A stretch of 64,000 bases of DNA from an uncultured Bacteroidaceae bacterium (GTDB lineage: Bacteria > Bacteroidota > Bacteroidia > Bacteroidales > GCA-2748055), in assembly GCA_964538375.1 (NCBI GenBank), contig CAZIFQ010000015.1:13425-77424 (forward strand), in the 5' to 3' direction. The notes under the pieces were generated by a model. That model saw only the letters and a list, made by a program, of their open reading frames with translations, had not been told where the DNA came from and did not search any database. Shown piece after piece: positions 55,472-64,000 of the stretch (position 1 is the stretch's first letter; each line of letters opens with the position of its first letter). The position numbers and the translations under genes were made by a program.

Positions 55472-57736
55472 TTACTTCTTCTTACTTTCAGCCTGATCCT
55501 TCTCGTTCTTTTCCAGCATAGTCTTCAGAGCAGCCAAATCTGAGATATCTCCCAGTGTTGTTTTTTCAAGATTACTCTTGCTTTTCTTAGTTGCTTTTCT
55601 TACTTCACCAGCTTCTGACTGCTTTCCAGCAGGCTTAGAAGTCTTCTTCACCAAGTCTTCATGAATCCGACTATGAGACAAGATAATCTTTTTTGCTGAC
55701 TTATTAAACTCAATCACCTTAAAAGATAGTTTTTCATCTGCTTTTGCAGGGCTTCCATCTTCCTTAACAAGGTGTTTTGGAGTTACAAATCCCTCAACGC
55801 CATAAGGTAAAGCAACTACTGCTCCTTTATCCATCAGATCAATGATAGTACCTTCATGAATCGAATCAATTTCGAAGACTGTTTCAAATACATCCCATGG
55901 ATTTTCTTCCAACTGTTTATGTCCTAAACTCAATCGGCGATTTTCTTTGTCGATCTCCAGAACAACAACCTCAATATCTATACCAATAGAAGTAAACTCA
56001 GCAGGATGCTTGATTTTCTTAGTCCAGGAAAGATCCGAGATATGAATCAAGCCATCAACTCCTTCTTCGATCTCAACAAAAACGCCGAAGTTAGTGAAGT
56101 TGCGAACTTTCGCTGTGTGCTTAGAATTAGTACTATATTTTTCTTCTATCTTATCCCAAGGATCTTCTTTCAGTTGCTTGATACCAAGTGACATTTTTCT
56201 CTCTTCTCTATCAAGAGTCAGAATCACAGCTTCTACTTCATCACTAACCTTCATAAATTCCTGTGCACTTTTCAGGTGTTGTGACCAGCTCATTTCTGAA
56301 ACGTGGATCAAACCTTCTACACCAGTAGCAATCTCTACAAATGCACCGTAATCTGCCATCACTACAACTTTACCTTTTACTTTATCACCTATGGCAAGTT
56401 TCTCATCAAGAGAATCCCATGGATGAGGAGTAAGTTGTTTCAGACCAAGAGCGATACGCTTCTTGTCATCATCGAAATCAAGAATTACAACATTGAGCTT
56501 TTGGTCGAGTGAAAGAACCTCTTCCGGATGATTTACACGGCCCCATGAAAGGTCAGTAATGTGAATCAAACCATCAACTCCACCGAGGTCGATAAATACG
56601 CCGTATGAAGTAATATTCTTAACAGTTCCTTCAAGAACCTGTCCTTTTTCAAGTTTAGCAATGATTTCTTTCTTCTGCTGTTCGAGTTCTTCTTCAATCA
56701 GTGCTTTGTGTGAAACAACCACGTTCTTAAATTCATGGTTGATTTTCACAACCTTGAATTCCATAGTCTTATCTACATAAGCATCGTAATCACGAATTGG
56801 CTTCACGTCGATTTGTGAACCAGGCAGGAATGCCTCGATTCCGAATACGTCAACAATCATACCACCCTTTGTACGACACTTAATATAACCTTTGATAACT
56901 TCATCCTGCTCCAATGCCTCGTTAACGCGATCCCATGAACGCATAGCACGGGCTTTCTTATGAGAAAGTACCAATTGGCCTTTTTTGTCTTCCTGGCTGT
57001 CAACATATACCTCAACAGTATCTCCTGCCTTAAGCTCAGGGTTGTAACGGAATTCATTCACAGAAACAACACCTTCAGACTTATAACCAATATTGATAAC
57101 AACTTCTCTCTTGTTCAAAGAAATCACTTTACCATCAATTACCTCATTTTCATTAATTGTTGAAAGTGTACTGTTGTACATCTCCTCGTACTTGTCATAA
57201 TCCTTTATAGCTTCCTCTGTTGCATTTGAATTATGTACATCCCAATCGAATTCAGCATTACCAGTCTCTGTAACACCTTTTTCAAGTTTCTTTGTAGCTT
57301 TTTTCGCTGCAGGTTTTTTCTCAGCTTTAGCTTTTTCATCCTTCGCAGGAGCTTCATCCTTTGCTAATGCTTCAGATGACAAGTCAGATGACTCTTCAGC
57401 AACTGGCTCTTCTTTTGCAGCTTCTTCTGTAACAACTTCCTCAGCTTTTACTTCCTTGTCCTCCGTAGCTTTAGCGGAGGCGGGCTTTTCTTCAGTAGCT
57501 TCAGCGGTGACGGAATCTTCCTTAACCGCAGTTTCTTTCTTAGTAGTTGTCTTTTCTTCCTTGTCCTCCTTAGCTTCAGTGGTAGCGGATTCTTCAACAA
57601 CTTTTTCTTTTACTTCATCATTCGCTGGAGCTTTTTCTTTTGTTTCCTCGGCTTTGGCAGCTTCGGCTTTTGTTTCTTCAACACTTTGATCGGCGACTTG
57701 GTCGTCCTTCAATGTGTCTTTTTCTTTTTCGGTCAT
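55472..57736 (-). CDS. rpsA: 30S ribosomal protein S1 with ~160-aa low-complexity N-terminal extension (754 aa)
   Basis: There are six S1 OB-fold repeats (GKVISLNKREVVINIGYKSEGVV, GYIKCRTKGGMIVDVFGIEAFLPGSQ, GTVKNITSYGVFIDLGGVDGLIHITD and others). The conserved body starts at FDWD (~aa 163). No in-frame alternative start occurs near it. Confidence 0.9.
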   Translation of the reverse strand: MTEKEKDTLKDDQVADQSVEETKAEAAKAEETKEKAPANDEVKEKVVEESATTEAKEDKEEKTTTKKETAVKEDSVTAEATEEKPASAKATEDKEVKAEEVVTEEAAKEEPVAEESSDLSSEALAKDEAPAKDEKAKAEKKPAAKKATKKLEKGVTETGNAEFDWDVHNSNATEEAIKDYDKYEEMYNSTLSTINENEVIDGKVISLNKREVVINIGYKSEGVVSVNEFRYNPELKAGDTVEVYVDSQEDKKGQLVLSHKKARAMRSWDRVNEALEQDEVIKGYIKCRTKGGMIVDVFGIEAFLPGSQIDVKPIRDYDAYVDKTMEFKVVKINHEFKNVVVSHKALIEEELEQQKKEIIAKLEKGQVLEGTVKNITSYGVFIDLGGVDGLIHITDLSWGRVNHPEEVLSLDQKLNVVILDFDDDKKRIALGLKQLTPHPWDSLDEKLAIGDKVKGKVVVMADYGAFVEIATGVEGLIHVSEMSWSQHLKSAQEFMKVSDEVEAVILTLDREERKMSLGIKQLKEDPWDKIEEKYSTNSKHTAKVRNFTNFGVFVEIEEGVDGLIHISDLSWTKKIKHPAEFTSIGIDIEVVVLEIDKENRRLSLGHKQLEENPWDVFETVFEIDSIHEGTIIDLMDKGAVVALPYGVEGFVTPKHLVKEDGSPAKADEKLSFKVIEFNKSAKKIILSHSRIHEDLVKKTSKPAGKQSEAGEVRKATKKSKSNLEKTTLGDISDLAALKTMLEKNEKDQAESKKK

Positions 57737-57794
57737 TCTGTTAAATAATTTAAAATTAATAAGTTAGACTATATATTGTACGAATATCGAGGCG

Positions 57795-57802
57795 CAAAGA
57801 TA
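57795..57802 (-). promoter_or_regulatory. -7 box TATCTTTG (minus strand) for rpsA
   Basis: The plus strand reads CAAAGATA. This is an exact TAnnTTTG about 59 nt upstream of the ATG at 57736, which supports use of the long ORF. Confidence 0.45.
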
Positions 57803-57955
57803 TAACTTTTTGCTAAAAATTACTAATTTTCATCAGAATATCAGTGTCTTAGAGCACTTTACAGAAAGCTTTCATGCTCCATCATATTTTAGCTAAAACT
57901 ACGTTCAATAGATTGACTAAAAACTCTAACTTTACATTCTCAAAAAATCACATGT

Positions 57956-59290
57956 ATGAAAATTGCAGTTATTGGTACGGGATATGTTGGTCTTGTTTCC
58001 GGAACATGTTTTGCCGAAACAGGTATTACGGTGACCTGTGTTGACATTGATAAATCCAAGATTGACAGATTAAACAATGGTGAAATACCCATATATGAAC
58101 CTGGTCTGGAAAGATTAGTAAACAAGAATATTGAAACAGGCAGACTACTTTTCTCGACAAGTTTGGAAGAGAGCATTACTGACTGTGAGGCAATATTTAT
58201 CGCTGTAGGTACTCCTCCTGATGAAGATGGAAGTGCTGATTTAAAATATGTGTTATCTGTTGCAGCTGAGATTGGCCAATACATGAAAGATTACCTGGTT
58301 GTAATCACAAAAAGCACTGTTCCCATCAACACAGCTGAAAGGGTCAGGGTAGCTGTTCAAGCTGAGCTGACAAAAAGAGGTTCAGACCTGGAATTTGATG
58401 TGGCCTCCAATCCGGAATTTCTAAAAGAAGGTGCTGCCATCAATGATTTCCTGAAACCGGACCGAATCATCGTAGGCACAGATTCTGAACGTGCAATAAA
58501 AATGATTCAGCGGCTCTATAAGCCCTTCCTCCTCAACAACCATCCCCTGATTTTCATGGATATTCGTTCTGCAGAAATGACCAAATATGCAGCCAATGCC
58601 ATGCTTGCCACAAAGATCAGTTTCATGAATGAAATTGCCAACCTATGTGAAATTGTCGGGGCAGATGTGAATATGGTTCGACAAGGTATTGGAAGTGATT
58701 CAAGAATAGGCAATAAATTTATCTATGCCGGTGCCGGATACGGTGGTTCATGCTTCCCTAAAGATGTTAAGGCCCTGGTAAAAACCGGCTTAGAATACCA
58801 TTCTCCTTTGCGCATTCTTCAATCTGTTGAAGAAGCAAATGAACATCAAAAATCTGTAATCGCCCTGAAGCTAATGGCTCATTTTGATGGAGATATGAAG
58901 GGTAAAAAGGTCGCCATATGGGGTCTTTCCTTTAAACCGGAAACAGACGATATGCGTGAGGCACCTTCCCTGGTTATCATTGATAATCTGCTAAAAGCAG
59001 GAGCCATCATCAAAGCATTTGATCCGGTTGCCATGAAAGAAGCTGAAAGAATGCTGAATAGCAGTGTTGAGTTTTGCGCAAATAAATATGATGCTCTCGT
59101 TGATGCTGACGCATTGGTAGTGATCACTGAGTGGTCAGAGTTCAGAATACTGAACTATCCCCAGATGAAGGAACTGATGAAAGAAACAGTTATATTTGAT
59201 GGAAGAAACATTTATGAACCTACTGAAATGCAGGAGAATGGATTCTCCTATTACAGCATCGGTAGGAAACCAGTAATACCGAATAGTTAA
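57956..59290 (+). CDS. ugd: UDP-glucose 6-dehydrogenase
   Basis: [16 protein letters not shown] is the NAD-binding motif. [10 protein letters not shown] contains the catalytic Cys. [15 protein letters not shown] is also present. Confidence 0.9.
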   Translation: MKIAVIGTGYVGLVSGTCFAETGITVTCVDIDKSKIDRLNNGEIPIYEPGLERLVNKNIETGRLLFSTSLEESITDCEAIFIAVGTPPDEDGSADLKYVLSVAAEIGQYMKDYLVVITKSTVPINTAERVRVAVQAELTKRGSDLEFDVASNPEFLKEGAAINDFLKPDRIIVGTDSERAIKMIQRLYKPFLLNNHPLIFMDIRSAEMTKYAANAMLATKISFMNEIANLCEIVGADVNMVRQGIGSDSRIGNKFIYAGAGYGGSCFPKDVKALVKTGLEYHSPLRILQSVEEANEHQKSVIALKLMAHFDGDMKGKKVAIWGLSFKPETDDMREAPSLVIIDNLLKAGAIIKAFDPVAMKEAERMLNSSVEFCANKYDALVDADALVVITEWSEFRILNYPQMKELMKETVIFDGRNIYEPTEMQENGFSYYSIGRKPVIPNS

Positions 59291-60225
59291 TGAAGCGAAT
59301 TCTTGTAACCGGGGGAGCCGGATTCATCGGATCACATCTATGTGAAAGATTGCTGAATGAAGGAAATGACGTTATCTGCATTGATAACTACTTTACCGGT
59401 TCAAAGAAAAATATCGTACACCTGCTGGATCATAAGTACTTTGAGATGACCAGGCACGATGTAACAGTGCCATATTATGCAGAGGTCGATGAGATTTATA
59501 ATATGGCCTGTCCTGCCTCTCCAATTCATTACCAGTACAATCCTATAAAAACGGTAAAAACTTCCGTCATGGGAGCCATCAACATGCTGGGACTCGCGAA
59601 AAGAATCAAAGCGAAAGTTCTGCAGGCATCCACCAGTGAAGTATATGGAGATCCAAGCGTTCACCCACAGCCGGAATCATACTGGGGAAATGTTAATCCT
59701 GTTGGAATACGTGCCTGTTATGATGAAGGAAAAAGATGCGCTGAAACACTGTTCATGGATTACCATCTTCAGAACAAGGTAAAAATTAAAATTGTACGAA
59801 TCTTCAACACCTACGGGCCCCGTATGCACCCGAATGATGGAAGAGTAGTCTCGAATTTCATCGTACAGGCATTAAAAAACAAAGATATTACAGTTTATGG
59901 AGACGGATCGCAAACGCGTAGTTTCCAATATGTTGACGATCTGGTTGAAGGTATGATGAGGATGATGGGTACTGAAGACAGTTTTACAGGTCCCGTAAAT
60001 ATTGGTAATCCAATTGAGTTCACCATCCTGGAACTTGCCAAAAAGATTATTCAAATGACCGGTTCAAAATCAAAGATTACTTATCAAGCCCTCCCTGATG
60101 ATGATCCGATTCAGAGAAAACCTGATATTAGCATGGCTAAAGAAAAGCTCAATAACTGGGAGCCAAATATGACGCTTGAAAAAGGATTGGTAAAAACCAT
60201 CGATTATTTCCAAAAAACGCTTTAG
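59290..60225 (+). CDS. UDP-glucuronate decarboxylase (UDP-xylose synthase)
   Basis: [14 protein letters not shown] is present, and STSEVYG...YDEGKRCAE carries the SDR catalytic S/Y/K in a UXS-type context. [10 protein letters not shown] is also present. The start overlaps the ugd stop (TAATG). Confidence 0.85.
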   Translation: MKRILVTGGAGFIGSHLCERLLNEGNDVICIDNYFTGSKKNIVHLLDHKYFEMTRHDVTVPYYAEVDEIYNMACPASPIHYQYNPIKTVKTSVMGAINMLGLAKRIKAKVLQASTSEVYGDPSVHPQPESYWGNVNPVGIRACYDEGKRCAETLFMDYHLQNKVKIKIVRIFNTYGPRMHPNDGRVVSNFIVQALKNKDITVYGDGSQTRSFQYVDDLVEGMMRMMGTEDSFTGPVNIGNPIEFTILELAKKIIQMTGSKSKITYQALPDDDPIQRKPDISMAKEKLNNWEPNMTLEKGLVKTIDYFQKTL

Positions 60226-60227
60226 CA

Positions 60228-61115
60228 ATGAAAGGAATTATTTTAGCCGGCGGCTCAGGAACAAGACTCTATCCTATCACAAGAAGTATTTCGAAGCAGA
60301 TCATTCCTGTTTATGATAAACCAATGATCTATTACCCCCTGGCAGTTCTTATGCTGGCAGGTATCCGTGAAATCCTGATCATATCCACCCCCGAGGATTT
60401 GCACCTGTATCAAACCTTACTTGACGACGGAAGCCAGCTGGGTATTGAGCTTAGCTACGCAATTCAACCTTCACCTGACGGACTGGCACAGGCATTTCTT
60501 ATCGGTGAGGAGTTTATTGGAGATGACAATGTCTGCCTGATCCTGGGCGATAATATTTACTATGGACATGGTTTTGAAAAAACGTTGACTGATACTGCGG
60601 CACTGGATGACGGAGCTGTTGTTTTTGGATATTATGTAACCGATCCCGAGAGATATGGTGTCGTAGAATTTGATGAGAAAGGGAAAGTAATCAGCTTAGA
60701 AGAAAAACCGGTGAAACCGAATTCAAACTATGCTGTTACGGGCTTATATTTCTACAGTAACGACGTTGTAGAAAAAGCAAAATCACTGAAGCCATCCAGC
60801 AGGGGAGAATTAGAGATCACCGACCTCAACCGGCTCTACCTTGAAGAAGAGCGCTTACTGGTAAGAATCATGGGACGGGGAATGGCCTGGCTGGATACAG
60901 GAACACACGAGAGTTTACTGCAGGCATCTAATTTTATTCATACCATGGAAGAGCGCCAGGGATTAAAGATATCCTGTATTGAAGAAATTGCTTATAGAAA
61001 GGAGTATATTAATAAGGAACAACTTCTAAAGCTTGCCGAAGGATTGAAGAAGAGCGCCTATGGTCAGTACCTTTTTTCAATAGCCAATGAAAGAATTTAC
61101 AATTTTATTAGTTAA
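60228..61115 (+). CDS. rfbA: Glucose-1-phosphate thymidylyltransferase
   Basis: [38 protein letters not shown] is the near-canonical RmlA N-terminus. LGDNI and ERYGVVEFD are also present. Confidence 0.95.
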   Translation: MKGIILAGGSGTRLYPITRSISKQIIPVYDKPMIYYPLAVLMLAGIREILIISTPEDLHLYQTLLDDGSQLGIELSYAIQPSPDGLAQAFLIGEEFIGDDNVCLILGDNIYYGHGFEKTLTDTAALDDGAVVFGYYVTDPERYGVVEFDEKGKVISLEEKPVKPNSNYAVTGLYFYSNDVVEKAKSLKPSSRGELEITDLNRLYLEEERLLVRIMGRGMAWLDTGTHESLLQASNFIHTMEERQGLKISCIEEIAYRKEYINKEQLLKLAEGLKKSAYGQYLFSIANERIYNFIS

Positions 61116-61121
61116 GTAATC

Positions 61122-61664
61122 ATGACCATCATAGAGACCGATTTTGAAGGATTATATTTAGTGGAGCCGACAATTTTCAAAGATAGTCGTGGCTATTTCT
61201 TTGAAAGTTACAACAAGAGAATGCATGAAGAAGCTGGTCTGCAACAAACTTTTGTGCAGGACAACCAGTCCAAATCATCATACGGTGTTATCCGCGGGCT
61301 GCATCTTCAATCGGAGCCACATGCGCAAACTAAATTGGTGCGGGTACTTGAAGGAGCTATATATGATGTGGCTGTAGACCTGAGAAAAGGATCCTTGACT
61401 TTTGGAAAGTGGTTTGGTGTTGAAATCAATGAAGAAAATAATCTTCAACTACTCATCCCAAAGGGCTTTGGACACGGATTCTCAGTACTGAGTGAAACAG
61501 CTACAGTATTTTATAAATGTGATGAACTTTATCATCCGGAATTGGAAATAGGAGTCAAATTTGATGATCCGGAACTGGCAATTGATTGGAAAATACCGGC
61601 GGAGAAGATGAGTGTCTCAGACAAGGATAAGATACTGCCCTCCTTCAGATCATATTTAGGATAA
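61122..61664 (+). CDS. rfbC: dTDP-4-dehydrorhamnose 3,5-epimerase
   Basis: FKDSRGYFFESY, RGLHLQ, KLVRV..G.IYDVAVDLR and GFGHGF are present. Confidence 0.9.
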   Translation: MTIIETDFEGLYLVEPTIFKDSRGYFFESYNKRMHEEAGLQQTFVQDNQSKSSYGVIRGLHLQSEPHAQTKLVRVLEGAIYDVAVDLRKGSLTFGKWFGVEINEENNLQLLIPKGFGHGFSVLSETATVFYKCDELYHPELEIGVKFDDPELAIDWKIPAEKMSVSDKDKILPSFRSYLG

Positions 61665-61668
61665 ACAG

Positions 61669-62541
61669 ATGAAAAGTAAGATATTAGTAACAGGAGCCAA
61701 TGGTCAGCTGGGCAATGAACTCAGAGAACTTGCGCCCTCATCAGGGCATCAATTTTACTATACTGATATCGGTCAACTGGATCTTACTTCTGAAACCGAC
61801 ACCAGGAAATATCTCGATTCAATTTCCCCGGATTATATAATTAATTGTGCTGCATACACGGCTGTGGATAAAGCCGAAAGCGATGCTGAGCAGGCCCTGG
61901 CCGTTAACGCTGTTGTTCCTGAGATACTGGTCGCTTATGCCAGGGACAAAAAAACAAGGTTGATACATATTTCTACAGATTATGTTTTCTCCGGTAAGGG
62001 TGACACTCCATTGAAGGAAACAGATGTTCCCGGACCAGAGAGTGTGTACGGGAGAACAAAACTGATTGGAGAGTTTATTATGGAGAGTCATCCACAATCC
62101 ATAATTATCAGGACATCCTGGCTCTACTCCTCCTATGGAAAAAATTTTGTTAAGACGATGGTCGGATTGATGGCTGAGAAAAAAGAATTACAAATTGTAT
62201 TTGATCAGTACGGGACCCCGACATATGCTGCTGACCTGGCCGGGGCTATTCTTCAAATCATTAAGAGTGCCGATCAAAACGAGGATAACTTTAAACCCGG
62301 CTATTATCATTATTCGAATGAAGGATCAACAACATGGTTTGAACTGGCAGGAGAGATTAAGAAATTTCTTGGATCAGGTTGTGTAATACATCCGGTTGAT
62401 ACAATAGATTATCCCCTGCCGGCTCCGAGACCTATGTACAGTGTAATGAGCAAAGAAAAAATTGTAAAAGCATACGGAATTGAGATTCCTTCCTGGAAGG
62501 ATAGCTTAGAAGTATGCTTGAAAAAAATGACTGATAAATAG
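61669..62541 (+). CDS. rfbD: dTDP-4-dehydrorhamnose reductase
   Basis: ILVTGANGQLG, NCAAYTAVDKAE, STDYVF and YGRTK (the Y-x-x-x-K motif) are present. Confidence 0.9.
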   Translation: MKSKILVTGANGQLGNELRELAPSSGHQFYYTDIGQLDLTSETDTRKYLDSISPDYIINCAAYTAVDKAESDAEQALAVNAVVPEILVAYARDKKTRLIHISTDYVFSGKGDTPLKETDVPGPESVYGRTKLIGEFIMESHPQSIIIRTSWLYSSYGKNFVKTMVGLMAEKKELQIVFDQYGTPTYAADLAGAILQIIKSADQNEDNFKPGYYHYSNEGSTTWFELAGEIKKFLGSGCVIHPVDTIDYPLPAPRPMYSVMSKEKIVKAYGIEIPSWKDSLEVCLKKMTDK

Positions 62542-62554
62542 ATATTACTACAAA

Positions 62555-64000
62555 ATGGAAAACAAAAGTATGATAGAACAGGTAAGAGAAACTGCACAGC
62601 AGTGGCTCGCAAGCAATATTGATAGTGAGACAAAAACCTCCATCATCAATATGTTGCAGAATGACGAAAAAGAACTTGTAGAAAGCTTTTACAAAGTGTT
62701 GGAATTTGGTACAGGCGGACTCCGTGGGATTATGGGTGCAGGTACCAACCGAATAAATATTTATACTGTTGGTATGGCTACCCAGGGATTATGCAACTAT
62801 CTCTTAAAAGAGTTCAAACACCTGGAGCAGATCAAAGTTGCCATTGCTCACGATTGTCGCAATAACAGTCCCCTGTTTGCCCAAACCACCGCTGATATTT
62901 TCAGTGCAAATGGCATTAAAGCATACCTGTTCGACGGACTGCGGCCTACGCCCGAACTTAGCTTTGCCATCCGGGAGCTGGGTTGCCAGAGTGGCGTTGT
63001 TATTACAGCTTCACACAATCCAAAAGAATATAACGGGTATAAGGCCTATTGGGAAGACGGTGCGCAGATCATCGCTCCGCACGATGAGAATATTGTTAAA
63101 CAAGTAAAGAACATCAAATCCATCAATGATGTGAAATTTAAAGGCAATCCTGATCTAATTGAAATGATTGGTGAAGAGATAGATGAAATCTACCTGGAAA
63201 AGGTTGTTAGTCAGTCATTAAACAGGGATCTGATTGCTAAACATTCAGACATAAAAATCGTATATACTCCTATTCATGGTACCGGCGTAAAGCTTGTACC
63301 GGAGGCAATGAAACGCCTTGGATTCAAAAATATTTATAATGTGCCTGAACAGGATGTAGTGAGCGGTGAATTTCCAACGGTTGTTTCTCCAAACCCGGAG
63401 GAATCTGCCGCCTTGAGCCTGGCGCTTAAAAAAGCGGATGAAGTAGGTGCAGACCTGGTAATGGCTACTGATCCGGATGCCGACAGGGTTGGAATTGCAG
63501 TAAGAAATAATAAGGGAGAACTGATCCTGATGAATGGAAATCAGACTGCTGTATTGCTTTCTTACTATCTCATCTCTCAATGGAAAAAGAATGGCAAGCT
63601 GAAAGGCAAGGAGTTCATTGCCAAAACAATTGTAACTACAGAATTGATCACAGATATTGCCAATAAATTCGAAGTTCAATATTTTGATTGCCTGACCGGT
63701 TTCAAATGGATTGCAGATGTTATAAGGCAGCATGAAGAAGACATGACTTATATTGGTGGTGGTGAAGAGAGTTATGGCTTCATGATTGGTGATTTCGTGA
63801 GAGACAAGGATGCTGTTTCTGCCTGTTCAATGATTGCAGAGATTGCCGCCTGGGCTAAGGAACAGGGCAAAAACCTCTTCGATGTCATCCAGGATATCTA
63901 TTTGGAATTCTCTTTCTACAAAGAAGGCCTCGTTTCTATTTACAGGCAAGGCAAAGAAGGAGCCGAGGAGATTGCTGCCATGATGGAGAAATTCAGGTCA
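62555..64000 (+). CDS. Phosphoglucomutase/phosphomannomutase family protein (N-terminal 482 aa; continues beyond right edge)
   Basis: Plus-strand ORF open to the window edge, so it is not in the supplied track. The ATG is at 62555. My translation shows LEFGTGGLRGIMGAGTNRIN, GVVITASHNPKEYNGYK (phosphoserine loop) and ATDPDADR (metal-binding loop). Confidence 0.85.
   Translation, partial: MENKSMIEQVRETAQQWLASNIDSETKTSIINMLQNDEKELVESFYKVLEFGTGGLRGIMGAGTNRINIYTVGMATQGLCNYLLKEFKHLEQIKVAIAHDCRNNSPLFAQTTADIFSANGIKAYLFDGLRPTPELSFAIRELGCQSGVVITASHNPKEYNGYKAYWEDGAQIIAPHDENIVKQVKNIKSINDVKFKGNPDLIEMIGEEIDEIYLEKVVSQSLNRDLIAKHSDIKIVYTPIHGTGVKLVPEAMKRLGFKNIYNVPEQDVVSGEFPTVVSPNPEESAALSLALKKADEVGADLVMATDPDADRVGIAVRNNKGELILMNGNQTAVLLSYYLISQWKKNGKLKGKEFIAKTIVTTELITDIANKFEVQYFDCLTGFKWIADVIRQHEEDMTYIGGGEESYGFMIGDFVRDKDAVSACSMIAEIAAWAKEQGKNLFDVIQDIYLEFSFYKEGLVSIYRQGKEGAEEIAAMMEKFRS

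Noticed and set aside
57940-58284. 114-aa ORF antisense to the ugd 5' region
   Set aside because: It lies opposite a strongly supported UDP-glucose dehydrogenase frame, and its Ser/Pro/Val-rich composition is typical of antisense translation.

Overview
Dense 64-kb chromosomal segment that looks like Bacteroidota. The supporting signs are a T9SS type-B C-terminal sorting domain, exact TAnnTTTG -7 promoter boxes upstream of many genes, no obvious Shine-Dalgarno sites, and BT_3928-, DUF6702- and HupE_UreJ_2-like families. GC is roughly 40% by eye. I support about 55 CDS, and two of them run off the window edges and are therefore missing from the ORF track: uvrA on the minus strand at the left edge and a phosphoglucomutase on the plus strand at the right edge. 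Most content is housekeeping: ECF-type sigma, rsmE, tpiA, folP-cdaA, plsY, pckA, ppdK, xerD, serC-serA-DUF1015-yggS, gcvT, guaA, rnz, rpsA, and ugd-uxs-rfbA-rfbC-rfbD-pgm. I found no rRNA, tRNA, CRISPR array, IS element, prophage or recognisable defence system. I also found no convincing self-contained novel system, and this looks like an ordinary core-genome region. The items most worth a second look are listed here. (1) Three small phospho-signalling modules lie within about 13 kb, none next to a sigma/anti-sigma factor or PP2C phosphatase: an Hpt-STAS bicistron, an orphan SiaB/SiaC-like kinase-substrate pair with its own promoter and terminator, and a STAS gene wedged between rpsA and rnz. 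(2) A tightly coupled four-gene operon (DUF6702-like, 880-aa T9SS type-B cargo, TPR, HEAT-like) has no adjacent PorP/SprF partner. (3) A 1495-aa secreted protein has no recognisable domains. (4) Ribosomal protein S1 carries a ~160-aa E/K/A/T-rich N-terminal extension. (5) The prmA gene lacks its N-terminal half. (6) A small family of REP-like hairpins (AGACGCGAT-AA-ATCGCGTCT-CTAC) occurs at three intergenic sites. All functional calls rest on motif-level reading of the translations, and no database search was possible.
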